A stretch of 64,000 nt of DNA from NCBI GenBank assembly GCA_965213925.1, contig OZ243927.1, positions 480,001 to 544,000 on the forward strand, written 5' to 3'. Position numbers and translations under genes: made by a program. Shown piece after piece: positions 29,411-39,794 of the stretch. Under the pieces are notes generated by a model. It saw only the letters and a program-made list of their open reading frames with translations. It was not told the origin of the DNA and ran no database searches. Each line of letters begins with the position of its first letter. The stretch's first letter is position 1. Source of the stretch: Trueperaceae bacterium. Lineage in GTDB: Bacteria > Deinococcota > Deinococci > Deinococcales > Trueperaceae.

Positions 29411-30667
29411 ATGAGTGAAAGAGCGCGTGAACGCTTGAGGCTCGAGCGGATGGTCCACGGCGGCGCAGCTTTGACGCATCTGGCGGACGGGCAGGTGGCG
29501 CTCGTGCGCGGCGGGCTGCCAGGTGAGCACGTCGAAGCGGTTTTAGAAAGGCGCTCCGGCGTGTTGCAGGGTGAAGTGACGCGCGTATTAGAAGCGAGCC
29601 CTGAGCGCGTCCCGGCGAGCCCGCACCCCGGTCTCGACTACAGTTTCGCCACCTATGAGCGTCAACTCAGGTTAAAGCGAGAGGTGACGGAGGACGCCCT
29701 AGCGCGCAGCCTGAAACGGGAGGTCGAGGTTCCCGGCGTCATCCCTGCGCCCTCGACTTGGCACTACCGCCACACGGTCCAGCCTGCGGCGACGAAAAGA
29801 GGTCTCGGGTATAGGCGACCGGGCGAGCAGGAGGTGGTGACGCTCCCCGCCGATCCCGTAGCCCACGAGAATATCAACCGTGTTTGGAGAGGGTGGCAAG
29901 CCGCACCAAAGGGCGTTCCTAAAGGCGTCCGCGAGATCGTCTTTCGCTGCAACGACGCGGGCGAGGTGCTCGTGGCACTCGTCGCGAGCGCGTCGCCTAA
30001 AAACTACCTCCCCTTCGCGTACGACCTCTTGAGGAGGGACCTCGGCGTCGTCGGCGTGTGCTACGCCCCTTACGACCCACGCGGCAGGTTTCGCAGCGGT
30101 TTTGAACGACTAGCCGGGGAGCGCACCTTGACGCAGCGCTACGGTGACTTCGAAGTGAGCGTGTCGGCGACGAGCTTCGCGCAGCCGAATCCGGCTGCGG
30201 CGAGCCTCCTCTACGCCGAGCTAAAACGTTGGGCAGGCTCGGGCAAGGCGGCTTCGGACCTCTACGCCGGAACGGGCGTTATCGGGCTTCATTTAACGGA
30301 GCAGTTCGAGCAGGTAACGGCGTTAGAGGTGGACAAGAGCAGCGTCGTGCGCGGTGAACGCGACGCGGAGCGGTTAGGCGTCGATAACCTGAGCTTCATC
30401 CGCGCCGACGCGAAAAAGCTCGGACCGCTCCCCTACGCTGAGCTTATCGTCGTGGACCCGCCCAGAGCAGGCCTCGCCAAAGGCGTGCGCGAGACCATCT
30501 TAGCCTCCTCTGCAGAGCGACTTCTCTACGTCTCTTGTGACGTGGCGACGTGGGCTAGAGATGTGGCGCATTTCGGCGCGCAAGGGTTGAGGTTGAAACG
30601 CTTCCAACCGTTCGACTTCTACCCGCAGACGCATCATGTCGAGATGTTGTCGCTTCTGGAGCGTTAG
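29411..30667 (+). CDS. RNA m5U methyltransferase (RlmD/TrmA family)
   Basis: SFAQPN, DLYAGTG, VDPPRAG, YVSCD.AT.ARD, DFYPQTHHVE. Confidence 0.9.
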   Translation: MSERARERLRLERMVHGGAALTHLADGQVALVRGGLPGEHVEAVLERRSGVLQGEVTRVLEASPERVPASPHPGLDYSFATYERQLRLKREVTEDALARSLKREVEVPGVIPAPSTWHYRHTVQPAATKRGLGYRRPGEQEVVTLPADPVAHENINRVWRGWQAAPKGVPKGVREIVFRCNDAGEVLVALVASASPKNYLPFAYDLLRRDLGVVGVCYAPYDPRGRFRSGFERLAGERTLTQRYGDFEVSVSATSFAQPNPAAASLLYAELKRWAGSGKAASDLYAGTGVIGLHLTEQFEQVTALEVDKSSVVRGERDAERLGVDNLSFIRADAKKLGPLPYAELIVVDPPRAGLAKGVRETILASSAERLLYVSCDVATWARDVAHFGAQGLRLKRFQPFDFYPQTHHVEMLSLLER

Positions 30668-31974
30668 GCGGACGCTGGCGCACCTCGAGGCGGCTTGATA
30701 AAAAGCGCGGCCACCGCCACACCAAGAGGTAGTAGGGCGCAGAGGAGGAGGGTAGGAACGTAACTACCGAGCACCTCTAGCCCCACTGCGAACAGAAACG
30801 GTCCGAACGCCGTCCCTGCGACCGAGAGCGTCGTGACGAACCCTTTAATCGAACCGATGTGCTCGCGCCCGAAGTAATGCGCGTAGACGCTCCCCTGAAT
30901 CGCCCCCTGCATTCCCTGCAAAAGTCCGAACAGGCTCCCGTACATGAGCATGGTCTGAGGTCCGCCGACCTGCGGCGCGAGGGCGAGCGCGCCGCATAGG
31001 AGGAGCAACATGGCGCTCAGCAAGAATCTAGGGCGCAAACGGTCCACGAGCACGCCCGTGACGAGGTTCGAGCCCGCCATCACCAAGCCAAAAGGCACGA
31101 ACATCGTCGCGGCGACGACCCGCGTGATGTCCCGAGCTGCCATGATGTCGTAGTGATGAAAGATGAGCCCCGTGCCGAGCGCCGACACGCAGACCGAGCC
31201 GAGCGCAAAGAGCCAAAAGGTCAGCGTCTTGCGCGCTTCGGCTAAGGCGTAGCTGACCTCGGCGGGGGCGTCGTCCGGCTGCAAGATACCATCCGGCTGC
31301 AAGCCGAAGCGCTCCGGGTGCGCCCGGAAGAGCCACGCGCCGACGGGCAAAATCGTGAGCGCGACGAGCCCGCCGAGCATCATGTAGGCGGTGCGCCAGC
31401 CGAACTGCGCGAGCAAAAATTCGATGAGGAGCGGAAAGAAGCTCGTTGCGAGCGCCATGCCGAGTCCTGAAAGCCCAATCGCGAGCCCGCGCCGCCGCAC
31501 GAACCAGATATTGATGACATATAGACTGACGAGCCCTAGTGCCCCCTGCCCAAGCCCACGGATCAAGATAAAGCCGATGAGCAGCGTGACGAGCCCGTTC
31601 ACAAAACCCATCCACACACACGCTAGCGCGAAGAGCGACGCGATGAGGATAACGGCCAAGCGCGGACCGCGGCGGTCGATGAAGCGCCCGACGAAGGGCA
31701 GCGAGAAGGAACCAATCAGCGTACCGACTGTATAGAGCAGCGAGACCGTCGCCCTCGGCAAACCTAGGTCGGCGATGATCTTATCTAAAAAGACCGAGAC
31801 GCCTACCGTCTGCCCCGGCGTCGTCATCATAATGCCGAAGGTCCCGGCGAGCAAGATAATCCAGCCGTAGTAAAAGGGCGCGTGTGCGATAACCCAACTG
31901 CGCTGCGGTTCGGTTGGGCGCGTCCGCTCGGTTGGCGCAGCTTCAGCCAAAGGGCGTGCGGGGTTCGTTTTCAT
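30664..31974 (-). CDS. MFS transporter
   Basis: About 12 TM segments, GRFIDRRGPR motif A, WFVRRRGLA. Confidence 0.9.
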   Translation of the reverse strand: MKTNPARPLAEAAPTERTRPTEPQRSWVIAHAPFYYGWIILLAGTFGIMMTTPGQTVGVSVFLDKIIADLGLPRATVSLLYTVGTLIGSFSLPFVGRFIDRRGPRLAVILIASLFALACVWMGFVNGLVTLLIGFILIRGLGQGALGLVSLYVINIWFVRRRGLAIGLSGLGMALATSFFPLLIEFLLAQFGWRTAYMMLGGLVALTILPVGAWLFRAHPERFGLQPDGILQPDDAPAEVSYALAEARKTLTFWLFALGSVCVSALGTGLIFHHYDIMAARDITRVVAATMFVPFGLVMAGSNLVTGVLVDRLRPRFLLSAMLLLLCGALALAPQVGGPQTMLMYGSLFGLLQGMQGAIQGSVYAHYFGREHIGSIKGFVTTLSVAGTAFGPFLFAVGLEVLGSYVPTLLLCALLPLGVAVAALFIKPPRGAPASA

Positions 31975-32174
31975 TCGTAAAACCTCTTGTGACGTTCAAC
32001 TTTAGGCAACTTTGGGGAAAGCCTCGAGCCAGCAGCCTCCCTAACCTGTGCTAGATCGGAGGCTCAGAAAGCGTGCGTTGAAGAGATATACAGCGTGGAC
32101 GTGCGGTGCGGCGGCGGGGTGCCGAGACGTACAAACGGTGCAGTATAACCAGTAACTTACGTTAGACTTGTCTG

Positions 32175-32996
32175 GTGAAACGCCCCCTTGATCTCGCCCT
32201 ACAAAGTGCGCTGCTCGGTACAGCGGGCTTCACCGCCGCGCGCATGGTCCAAAACGCTTACCGCTTCGAGGTCACGCACCAGCGCCGCACGCTGCGCAAG
32301 TTAGAAAAGCCACTTCGCGTGGTGCAACTCAGCGACCTTCACACGGGACCTTTCATTGGCTACTCAGCCGTGCAGGAATGGGTGAACGCAGCGAACGCTC
32401 AGAACCCCGACCTCACCGTCATCACAGGCGACTTTGTAGATCAGTGGTTTGGGCGCGACACGGAGAGGTTGGGAGAGGTTCTTCTGCAGTTGCGCGCGCC
32501 GCTCGGCGTGTGGGGCGTGTGGGGCAACCACGACCACGCGCGCTTTGCAGATTTGCAGCGGCTCGAGTCTCCCTTGAACCGCGCCGGCATCTGCATCTTG
32601 AATAATCGCGGTGTTAGGCTCAGGGGCGACCTCTATCTGGCGGGCGTAGATGACATGCAAAGAGGTACGCCCGACATCTCGCTCGCCCTTCGCAACAAAC
32701 CCACTGACGCCGCTTGTCTCCTCCTCGCCCACAACCCCGACTTCATCCCGCACGTCCCGCGTGAGGTCGACCTCACGCTCTGCGGACACACCCACGGCGG
32801 GCAGATTCGCTTGCCCGGCTGGGGTCCGGTCTTCACCTCGTCGGAGCACGGCCAGCGGTTCGCGTCGGGGTGGGTGGAGGAACCGGCGCGGGCGTATATC
32901 TCGAGAGGTCTAGGAACCGTGATTTTCCCGGCAAGGCTCAACTGCCCGGCGGAACTAGCGGTCTTTGACCTCTCGCCTGCGCCGCGCTCATTTTGA
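32175..32996 (+). CDS. Metallophosphoesterase (YkuE-like)
   Basis: SDLH, TGDFVD, GNHD, HNPD, GHTHGGQ. Confidence 0.9.
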   Translation: MKRPLDLALQSALLGTAGFTAARMVQNAYRFEVTHQRRTLRKLEKPLRVVQLSDLHTGPFIGYSAVQEWVNAANAQNPDLTVITGDFVDQWFGRDTERLGEVLLQLRAPLGVWGVWGNHDHARFADLQRLESPLNRAGICILNNRGVRLRGDLYLAGVDDMQRGTPDISLALRNKPTDAACLLLAHNPDFIPHVPREVDLTLCGHTHGGQIRLPGWGPVFTSSEHGQRFASGWVEEPARAYISRGLGTVIFPARLNCPAELAVFDLSPAPRSF

Positions 32997-33059
32997 ACGC
33001 GGCGCGGATAGCAACTTGAAAGCTGGTCAGGATGTCAGCACTTTAGGCCTTCCTGATAT

Positions 33060-33271
33060 TACACCGTCAACTAAGTATTGATACCTTCTTACTGGTGTCA
33101 CCCTGAGCGCATGCGTAAGGGTCTCGTCTTCCATTCCCGGCTAGTTGGGAATGGAAGTTACAGAGTTTTGGCAGAGCCAAACGAGATTCTTCGACTCCGC
33201 TTTGCTCCGCAAGGCTTAACGCCAGACTTCGTGAACAGAATGACATGATTCATTATTTAGTTGATAGTGTA
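33060..33271. mobile_element. MITE-like element family B, copy 2
   Basis: TACACCGTCAACTAA / TTAGTTGATAGTGTA TIRs; inner TGTCACCCTGAG...CAGAATGACA; palindrome CTTCCATTCCC..CTAG..GGGAATGGAAG. Confidence 0.75.
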
Positions 33272-33386
33272 ATACGCTGACTAGCTGAAGTCCAGTCAAG
33301 CTGGATGAATGATGCTGACCAGCTTCTCCTTGTGACCTACGCGCGCACGCTGAGCACACTATCTCGAGTAAACTAAGCAGTATCTT

Positions 33387-35288
33387 ATGAACTATTTTAG
33401 CGCGAAATACGGATGGATAGGCGCGGTTTTGCTCCTTCTGAGCCTCGCCTCGGCGCATGACGAAATCACCTTCGAGGACGGCGGTATCGCGGTCAACTTG
33501 GGCGCGCCGCTCGTGCCGACGAGCGATCTCAGCTTTGACGTGGTGAGTGACGGTCCGCAAGGCGCGTGGAGGGGTCAACTCAAGCTCGTCGGGCGCGGCG
33601 AGCGCGTGCGCGCGAACGCCACGACGGACGTCTGGGTTCACGACGATTACGCCTACATCGGCACGTTTGCAAACCCTTGCGGTGACGGTGAGGTCGGCGA
33701 CGCGGGCGTGCAAGTCTTCGACGTGCGCGACCCGCAACAGATTGAGCGCGTCGGCTCGCTGCCGTCCGTTTCGGGGAGCCGCGTCAACGACGTGAAAGTG
33801 GCGGCGATGAACGGCGGCGACATCCTCGTTCACTCCAACGAACGCTGTCAGCGTGACGGCGCAGGCGGTTTCGAAATTTACAACGTGGACGACCCCTTAA
33901 ACCCCGTTCACCTCGCGCACGTGCAGACCGACACGGTCAACAAGACCTTGCAGCGAGACTCTGAGCATCAGGACGAGGGCGTGCACAACCTCTACCTCTT
34001 CTCGCGTGACGGGCGCGACTACGTCGCCGCGCAGGTCTACACCTTTATTGGGAACTTCCAGATTTTCGACATCACCGAGCCCGAAAACGCGCGACTTGTA
34101 AGTTCGTTCGGACCGGAGATGCTCGAGTTTCCCAGCGTCGATTGGGTTAACGAGACCGACGAAGACCGCTTCAACGAGGCGCGCGCTTATCTCTCGGACG
34201 GCTTCGGTCAGTCCGCCAGCCGCTACCTGCACGACCACTACATTACGGATGACGGCATGAGCGCCTATCTCGCCCACTGGGACGCGGGGCTCATCCGGCT
34301 CGACCTCGCCGATATCGCCAACCCTAAAGTCGTGAGCGTGGCACTCGAGCCCCTAAGCGAAGACGGCGAAGTCAACAGCCACTCGGTCTGGACGACGGAG
34401 GATGGCGCGACTGTAGTCGAGGGTGAAGAGGATTTCGACCCCTACAGCACGACTGTTCGAACAGAGAACAGCACCTTCATGAGCGTGGAGGGTCCGATCC
34501 TTACGCCCGTCGCGGTGCTGCCCGGCGAGACGCTTTCGGGTCCCACCATCTATGTAGGGCAGGGCTGCGAGGGGATGCCCGAAGCGACCTCCGACGACCA
34601 GCTCGCCCTCATCTTGCGCGGCGGCTGCACCTTTACCTTCAAAACGACGATGGCGCGGCAGGCGGGCTACGCGGGCGTCATCGTCTTCAACACCGAGGCG
34701 GGCGGCGACGCGCTCGTGCATATGGGGGGCGACGCGCCCACCGACATCTCTGGTGCGTTCGTGGGGCATAGCGCAGGGCTCGAGCTAGCGCAAGTTGCGT
34801 CAGTGGGTGAGCTAGAGGTTGGGATGACAGGTCAAGAGGTCACAGTAGGGACGACAGCAAGCGGTTGGAGCGGCCTGCGCATTTGGGACTACAGCGACCC
34901 GGCGAACCCTGTGTTGGCGTCTACCTTTAACACCCGCTGCAGCGCCTATCCAGATGAGGAAAGCTGCGATAGTCGAGGGATTTACTCGAGCCATAACCTC
35001 GTCATCGAAGGCGATAAAGCTTACGTCTCCTGGTACGCCGAGGGCGTGCTGGTCATCGACATCAGCGACCCCTACAACCCGGTTGAAATCGCGCGGTTTA
35101 AGGGCGCGGATGAAGCGTTTGAGGCGAACAATGGCGGTGTGCAGGACGTGTGGGGTATCCACAAGCTCCCCGGCGACCCCTTCATCTACGCCTCGGACCG
35201 CAACGGTGGGCTCTACGTCTTAGAGGACACCTCATCAGAAACGAGTAAGATGACCTCTACGGAGGTAACGAGTGAGCGACAACCCTAA
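33387..35288 (+). CDS. Secreted LVIVD-repeat beta-propeller protein with an inserted PA domain
   Basis: Signal peptide; repeated V.D..DP.NP motifs; LILRGGCTF..K..A..AG..GVIVFN PA motif. Confidence 0.8.
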   Translation: MNYFSAKYGWIGAVLLLLSLASAHDEITFEDGGIAVNLGAPLVPTSDLSFDVVSDGPQGAWRGQLKLVGRGERVRANATTDVWVHDDYAYIGTFANPCGDGEVGDAGVQVFDVRDPQQIERVGSLPSVSGSRVNDVKVAAMNGGDILVHSNERCQRDGAGGFEIYNVDDPLNPVHLAHVQTDTVNKTLQRDSEHQDEGVHNLYLFSRDGRDYVAAQVYTFIGNFQIFDITEPENARLVSSFGPEMLEFPSVDWVNETDEDRFNEARAYLSDGFGQSASRYLHDHYITDDGMSAYLAHWDAGLIRLDLADIANPKVVSVALEPLSEDGEVNSHSVWTTEDGATVVEGEEDFDPYSTTVRTENSTFMSVEGPILTPVAVLPGETLSGPTIYVGQGCEGMPEATSDDQLALILRGGCTFTFKTTMARQAGYAGVIVFNTEAGGDALVHMGGDAPTDISGAFVGHSAGLELAQVASVGELEVGMTGQEVTVGTTASGWSGLRIWDYSDPANPVLASTFNTRCSAYPDEESCDSRGIYSSHNLVIEGDKAYVSWYAEGVLVIDISDPYNPVEIARFKGADEAFEANNGGVQDVWGIHKLPGDPFIYASDRNGGLYVLEDTSSETSKMTSTEVTSERQP

Positions 35289-35622
35289 CCCGTCCGAGCA
35301 GAGCGAGAAACTTGCCGACCACACGGATAAGACCTCGCAAGAGGTCGAGGTCACGCACGACGAAGAGAACAAGCGCTTTGAGGTACAAGTCGAGGGAAAA
35401 ACCGCCGTACTGGAATATATGAAGGTCGGCAACACGTACATCTTTACGCACACCGAAGTCCCTGAAAGCTTAGAGGGCAGGGGCATCGGCGGGGCGCTAG
35501 CGAAGGCGGGGCTCGAGTACGTCCGCGACAACGATGTGACGACCGCGCCCCTTTGCCCCTTCGTCAAGGCGTACATTCAGCGCCATCCCGAATACAAGCC
35601 GCTCGTGAAGATGGGCGGCTGA
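35272..35622 (+). CDS. Small GNAT acetyltransferase (YjdJ / Acetyltransf_CG type)
   Basis: HTEVP..LEGRGIG, PLCPFV..YI. Confidence 0.9.
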   Translation: MSDNPNPSEQSEKLADHTDKTSQEVEVTHDEENKRFEVQVEGKTAVLEYMKVGNTYIFTHTEVPESLEGRGIGGALAKAGLEYVRDNDVTTAPLCPFVKAYIQRHPEYKPLVKMGG

Positions 35623-35627
35623 TATAG

Positions 35628-35665
35628 GCAAAAGGAAGGGCTCGCTTTACGCAAGCCCTTTTGCC
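35628..35665 (+). terminator. Probable intrinsic terminator
   Basis: GGCAAAAG.AAGGGCT...AGCCCTTTTGCC. Confidence 0.55.
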
Positions 35666-35937
35666 TCTCCTAAAACACCCGACTACGCTCCCGGTGGTTC
35701 TCTTATACTAAGCGCGACCCTTCTGAGAAGATAGGTACGGCTATACCACTAACAAAAATGTGATATATTTTACGTTCTAATACCTCTACTAAAATGAGGT
35801 ACTATAATTCGCATTAAGTTACAGTTCTTACTCTTTATGTGTTATATACACAAGTGAGGGTAGTTGTTCGTTCATGAGTCCGAGTTGTGAACAGGTCACG
35901 GCGTTGCTAATCAGCGCCGACGTTTCGGAGGTTTCTC

Positions 35938-36378
35938 TTGCGCTTTGCACAACGTCTTGTACTGCGTTTTATATCGCTTAAAATCTCCGCTTCTGCCCTT
36001 ATCTTTCTCTACCTCTTCGTCACCTTTGCAGCCGTGCAAAACACATTACAAGTCACCATGACCGCCTACTCCTCTACCGAAGCCCAGACCGACGGCACGC
36101 CGACAATCACGGCGACGGGCGCAGAGGTGCGCGAAGGCATCGTCGCGGTGAGCCGCGACCTCTTAGAGACCCAACTCCCCTACGGCACGAAAGTTGAGGT
36201 CATCAATTTGCAGACCGAGGAGAACGGCTGCGGCGGCTTCGATACGGGCGTTTTAGAGGTGCAGGACACGATGAGCGCCGAGAAAACGAACCAAGTTGAC
36301 GTGTGGTTGCCGACGACGGAGCAGGCGCTCGAGTGGGGCAAGTGCGTAGCGACGCTCAGAGTTGTCTCTTACGAGTAG
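35938..36378 (+). CDS. 3D-domain protein (second paralogue)
   Basis: TAYSS..QTD.TP.ITATG, AVSRDLL, LPYGT, VQDTM...VDVW; GGAGG RBS. Confidence 0.8.
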   Translation: MRFAQRLVLRFISLKISASALIFLYLFVTFAAVQNTLQVTMTAYSSTEAQTDGTPTITATGAEVREGIVAVSRDLLETQLPYGTKVEVINLQTEENGCGGFDTGVLEVQDTMSAEKTNQVDVWLPTTEQALEWGKCVATLRVVSYE

Positions 36379-36507
36379 AACGGTTGAACCTATTTCATCT
36401 AGGCCTCTAAATCTCACCGCAAAGTAGGAGCAATCCGTGTCCAGCAAGTGCTGAAGCGCGCTAACATACGAACTCGAAACCTCAAACTTGAGTACGGGAG
36501 CGCTTTG

Positions 36508-37335
36508 ATGTCACAACCGCAACAAATGATGATTCGTAGGGTTAAGCAGCTCTGCCAGGATGATGAACGTCTGCTCGCCGCGCTGATGTACGGCTCGTTC
36601 ACCCAGGGTGAAGGGGACGCCTTCTCCGATATCGAATTCCACCTCTTCTTCCGAAAGGATGAGCTAAGCACGCGAGACCAAGCGGTCTGGGTCTCGCAAG
36701 TCGCACCCTTATCGGTCTTCTTTACCAACGAATTCGGCACAAAGGTCGCCATCTTCGACAACCTAGTGCGCGGCGAGTTTCATTTTGAGTCCGCCGCCGA
36801 TATGAAAGAGGTGCGCGACTGGCCGATTAAGGGCGAAGCGTTGAATACGGCAAAAATGCTGATTCTAGACCGAACGGGAGAGCTTAGTGAACACCTCGAG
36901 GCGCTAAAAAACGCGGAATTGGAACGTATCTCGCCCGAACAGCTACAAACACACTGCTACACGTTCATCAACTGGTGGCTTTTAGGCTCCAACGTACTTA
37001 CGCGGGGCGAACGGGCACGGGCACTTGACGCGCTCGGTCATGTTCACCGCTCGCTGCTCCACCTCGCTAGAGCGGTTGAAGATAAAATGGACGAGCATTG
37101 GCTCACGCCGTCGAAGCGGCTCGAGTCCGACCTCTCAAACGCCGCCTACGCGCGTTTCGCGGCGTGTACAGGCGACCTCTCGTCGTTAGAGGGAGCCTAC
37201 AAAACTGCCTGGATATGGGGCAAAGGACTCATGCACACTCTGGGAGCGTCTTACGACTTCCCTTTACCCGACGCGCTTTTGCAGCGCTTAGATAAGCGCT
37301 CGGCAGCCGCATCAGCTACAAATAAAAAGGACTAG
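36508..37335 (+). CDS. lnu: Lincosamide nucleotidyltransferase-like protein (LinB/Lnu(F)/Lnu(G) family)
   Basis: DER..AALMYGSF..GEGD.FSDIEF, NEFGT.V.IFDNLVRGEFHF, RGERARA, WL.PSK.LE; GGGAG RBS before ATG 36508. Confidence 0.8.
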   Translation: MSQPQQMMIRRVKQLCQDDERLLAALMYGSFTQGEGDAFSDIEFHLFFRKDELSTRDQAVWVSQVAPLSVFFTNEFGTKVAIFDNLVRGEFHFESAADMKEVRDWPIKGEALNTAKMLILDRTGELSEHLEALKNAELERISPEQLQTHCYTFINWWLLGSNVLTRGERARALDALGHVHRSLLHLARAVEDKMDEHWLTPSKRLESDLSNAAYARFAACTGDLSSLEGAYKTAWIWGKGLMHTLGASYDFPLPDALLQRLDKRSAAASATNKKD

Positions 37336-37773
37336 GCGCGGCTGCCGAGCGGTGCAGATTTACGCGGCTTGCCGGAAAGCAACATTTTGTTGGGCAAGGT
37401 TAATAACGGGTAGCGGCTTTTAGGGCGCGGATACATCAAGGTTGCCGTTTCTGTTAGCTAACAGGCTGACGAGCTGAACTGCTCTTGACGTAGTTAAAGG
37501 TAAAAATCGAGTTTCAGAGAGTGATGATAAAAACCTGACTCCGTAACGGGTCCGCCAAACAAAGGCTTTGAAAATGGGTAGAATGCTGTGGCTTTGAGAG
37601 ACCGCGTAGAGCGACCGGCTTTCGGCTGTAACCGGCACGCTAACCTGCGTTCTGACTTTTAGGGTTAGTCGAGTATTCGCGCCTCGTCACGACCAACCGA
37701 CACCCACCTTCTCAGCCGCCTGCATCTTTCAGACATCAAGCTCGGACTACGTACCGACTCACGGAGAAAAGAG

Positions 37774-38595
37774 ATGAAACCAACGATATCGGTTGTCACG
37801 CCAACGTTCAACGCGGCGGCCTTCCTCCCTGCCTGCTTAGCGTCCGTTCACGCTCAGCGTAGTGAGCGCTACACCGTGGAGCATGTCGTTGTCGACGGCG
37901 GCAGTGTGGACGCCACAGTTGAGCTTGCCGAAGCTTACGGCTGTGTAGTGCTGCAGGGCAAGGATAAGGGCATCTTCGACGCGCTCAACAAGGGCAGTCA
38001 CGCTTCTTCGGGCGACCTGCTCGGCTTTCTCGGGGCGGACGACACGCTTCTTCCGGGTGCGTTAGAGCGCGTATCCACCTGGTTCGCCGCCCGGACCTCC
38101 GACTGGGTCATCGGCGGGCTCAGGTGGGCGGACGGCGACAACAGCGCCTTGGGCGACATCAGCCCGCCGCCCGCCTGGATGACCCAGAGCATCTACGCCT
38201 CGTTGGGGTGGAGCTGTGTTCACCACATGTCGACGTACATGACGCGCGACTTTTACCACCGGGTCGGCGACTTCGATATCGAGCTTAGGTACTCGTCCGA
38301 CTACGACTTCTTCGCCCGAGCGCTCGCTACAGCGCCGCCTGACCACATAGACGAGACGCTCGCGATTTTTAGGCGTCACGGGCAGAACCTCAGCATGTCG
38401 CCGGACGAGCGCGTCGCGGCTGAGAACCGCTTCGTCGCGGAGAAATTTGCGCCCGCCTCTTCGCTACAACGCTTCTTTTACCGGCAACTTTTGCGCGTTT
38501 GGCTCAACGGAACCAACCCGCGGTGGTTCGTGGGCAAGAAAGCGCCGGTGCTGCTCGAGTATTTCAGAGAAACCGATACCCCGACGCTTAGGTAG
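37774..38595 (+). CDS. Glycosyltransferase family 2
   Basis: ISVVTPTFN, VVDGGS.D, GIFDALNKG, FLGADD. Confidence 0.9.
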   Translation: MKPTISVVTPTFNAAAFLPACLASVHAQRSERYTVEHVVVDGGSVDATVELAEAYGCVVLQGKDKGIFDALNKGSHASSGDLLGFLGADDTLLPGALERVSTWFAARTSDWVIGGLRWADGDNSALGDISPPPAWMTQSIYASLGWSCVHHMSTYMTRDFYHRVGDFDIELRYSSDYDFFARALATAPPDHIDETLAIFRRHGQNLSMSPDERVAAENRFVAEKFAPASSLQRFFYRQLLRVWLNGTNPRWFVGKKAPVLLEYFRETDTPTLR

Positions 38596-38618
38596 TTCGG
38601 TGCAGTCTGTGAATAAGT

Positions 38619-39794
38619 TTAGCGGCGCACGCCCTCGTAGATAGCCATGAGCTGGCGGTAGTTCTCTTCCGCCGTGTAGTTTTCCGTGTAGTCGCGTCGC
38701 GCTTCCTTTTTCATGCTCGCTAGCTCGAGCGGATGAGACAACGCCCAAGTAACCTGCCGCGCCAAGTCGTCCGGGTCGCCGGGCTGAAAGTGCAAGCCCG
38801 TTTTGCCGTCCTGGATCATCGACGTGGCGACCCCGACCGCGGAGGCGATCACGGGCACGCCGCACGCGAGCGCTTCCGCCGCGACCAAACCAAAGGTTTC
38901 GTAGAACCCTCTGGAGGGCCACAGCAAGAAGTAGGCACCTTTGAGTAACGCGATCAGCTCTTCGTCGGACAGCCGCCCCACAAACTCGATGTCGAGCCCT
39001 TCGCGGTGAGCCGCCGCCTTTAGCTCGGGTAGAAGCTGACCCTCGCCCCGAATCTTGAGCGTCAGCGCGACCCCGCTATGCTTGAGCTGTCGCCAAGCCT
39101 GGAGCAAGGTCTGGACGCCCTTTTCCGGGTCGAGTCGCCCGATGTAAAGGGCGTACCTTGGCGTCTCGTCCGACATGCCGGGGTCGGGGTACAGGAAGTG
39201 CGGCTTGAGCGCTATTTTATCCGCCGGAAGCCCGCCCTGGATGAAGAGGCGCTTGTAGAACTCCGTAAAGACGATGTACCTGTCGACAGCCTCCGACCAG
39301 GTCCCTTTCAGCCGGTGAAACGCAGTCATGCTGGCGACGCCTAACGAGTGCACGGCGGAGTCGTGGTAACAGCGGTGCAAGACGCCGGGCCAGGCGAACC
39401 CCTTGCCGAGACAGCGCGTGCAGAGCTGACCGGAACGGTAGAAATTCGCCGAAGGGCAGAGAAGGCGCGGGTTGTGGAGCGACTGAACTACGGGCACGTT
39501 CTCAGCTTTCGATGCGTGGTAAACCGAGGGAGAGATGAGGGGGAAAGTGTTATGGACGTGGACCACGTGAGGTTTGGTGCGGCGCAAAAGGGTCCGCACC
39601 TCTTCGTAACGCTCGGCGTTCCAAATCGTCTTTTTCGCCAAGCTCACTTTAGAGAGCCGCTCCGCGTCGTCGTTATGCGCCGTGTAGCGCCAGACGGTGT
39701 GACCGTGGCGCTCTAAGAGCTTGCCTTCGGCTTCGAACACGCGGTCTTCCCCGCCGGGCTGTTGGTAGTAGTTGTGAACGAGGAGAACCTTCAC
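38619..39794 (-). CDS. Glycosyltransferase family 4
   Basis: YQQPGGED, GRL.PEKG, ETFGLVAAEALACGVPV. Confidence 0.9.
   Translation of the reverse strand: MKVLLVHNYYQQPGGEDRVFEAEGKLLERHGHTVWRYTAHNDDAERLSKVSLAKKTIWNAERYEEVRTLLRRTKPHVVHVHNTFPLISPSVYHASKAENVPVVQSLHNPRLLCPSANFYRSGQLCTRCLGKGFAWPGVLHRCYHDSAVHSLGVASMTAFHRLKGTWSEAVDRYIVFTEFYKRLFIQGGLPADKIALKPHFLYPDPGMSDETPRYALYIGRLDPEKGVQTLLQAWRQLKHSGVALTLKIRGEGQLLPELKAAAHREGLDIEFVGRLSDEELIALLKGAYFLLWPSRGFYETFGLVAAEALACGVPVIASAVGVATSMIQDGKTGLHFQPGDPDDLARQVTWALSHPLELASMKKEARRDYTENYTAEENYRQLMAIYEGVRR

Noticed and set aside
35670..35937. c-di-AMP (ydaO) riboswitch upstream of the 3D-domain gene
   Set aside because: Plausible by context, but the conserved GCUGAAUCC/GGGGAACC/CAGCUAAC motifs are absent; it looks like an AT-rich promoter
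37336..37430. attC site after the lnu-like gene
   Set aside because: No RYYYAAC/GTTRRRY pair with inner boxes; only a simple inverted repeat
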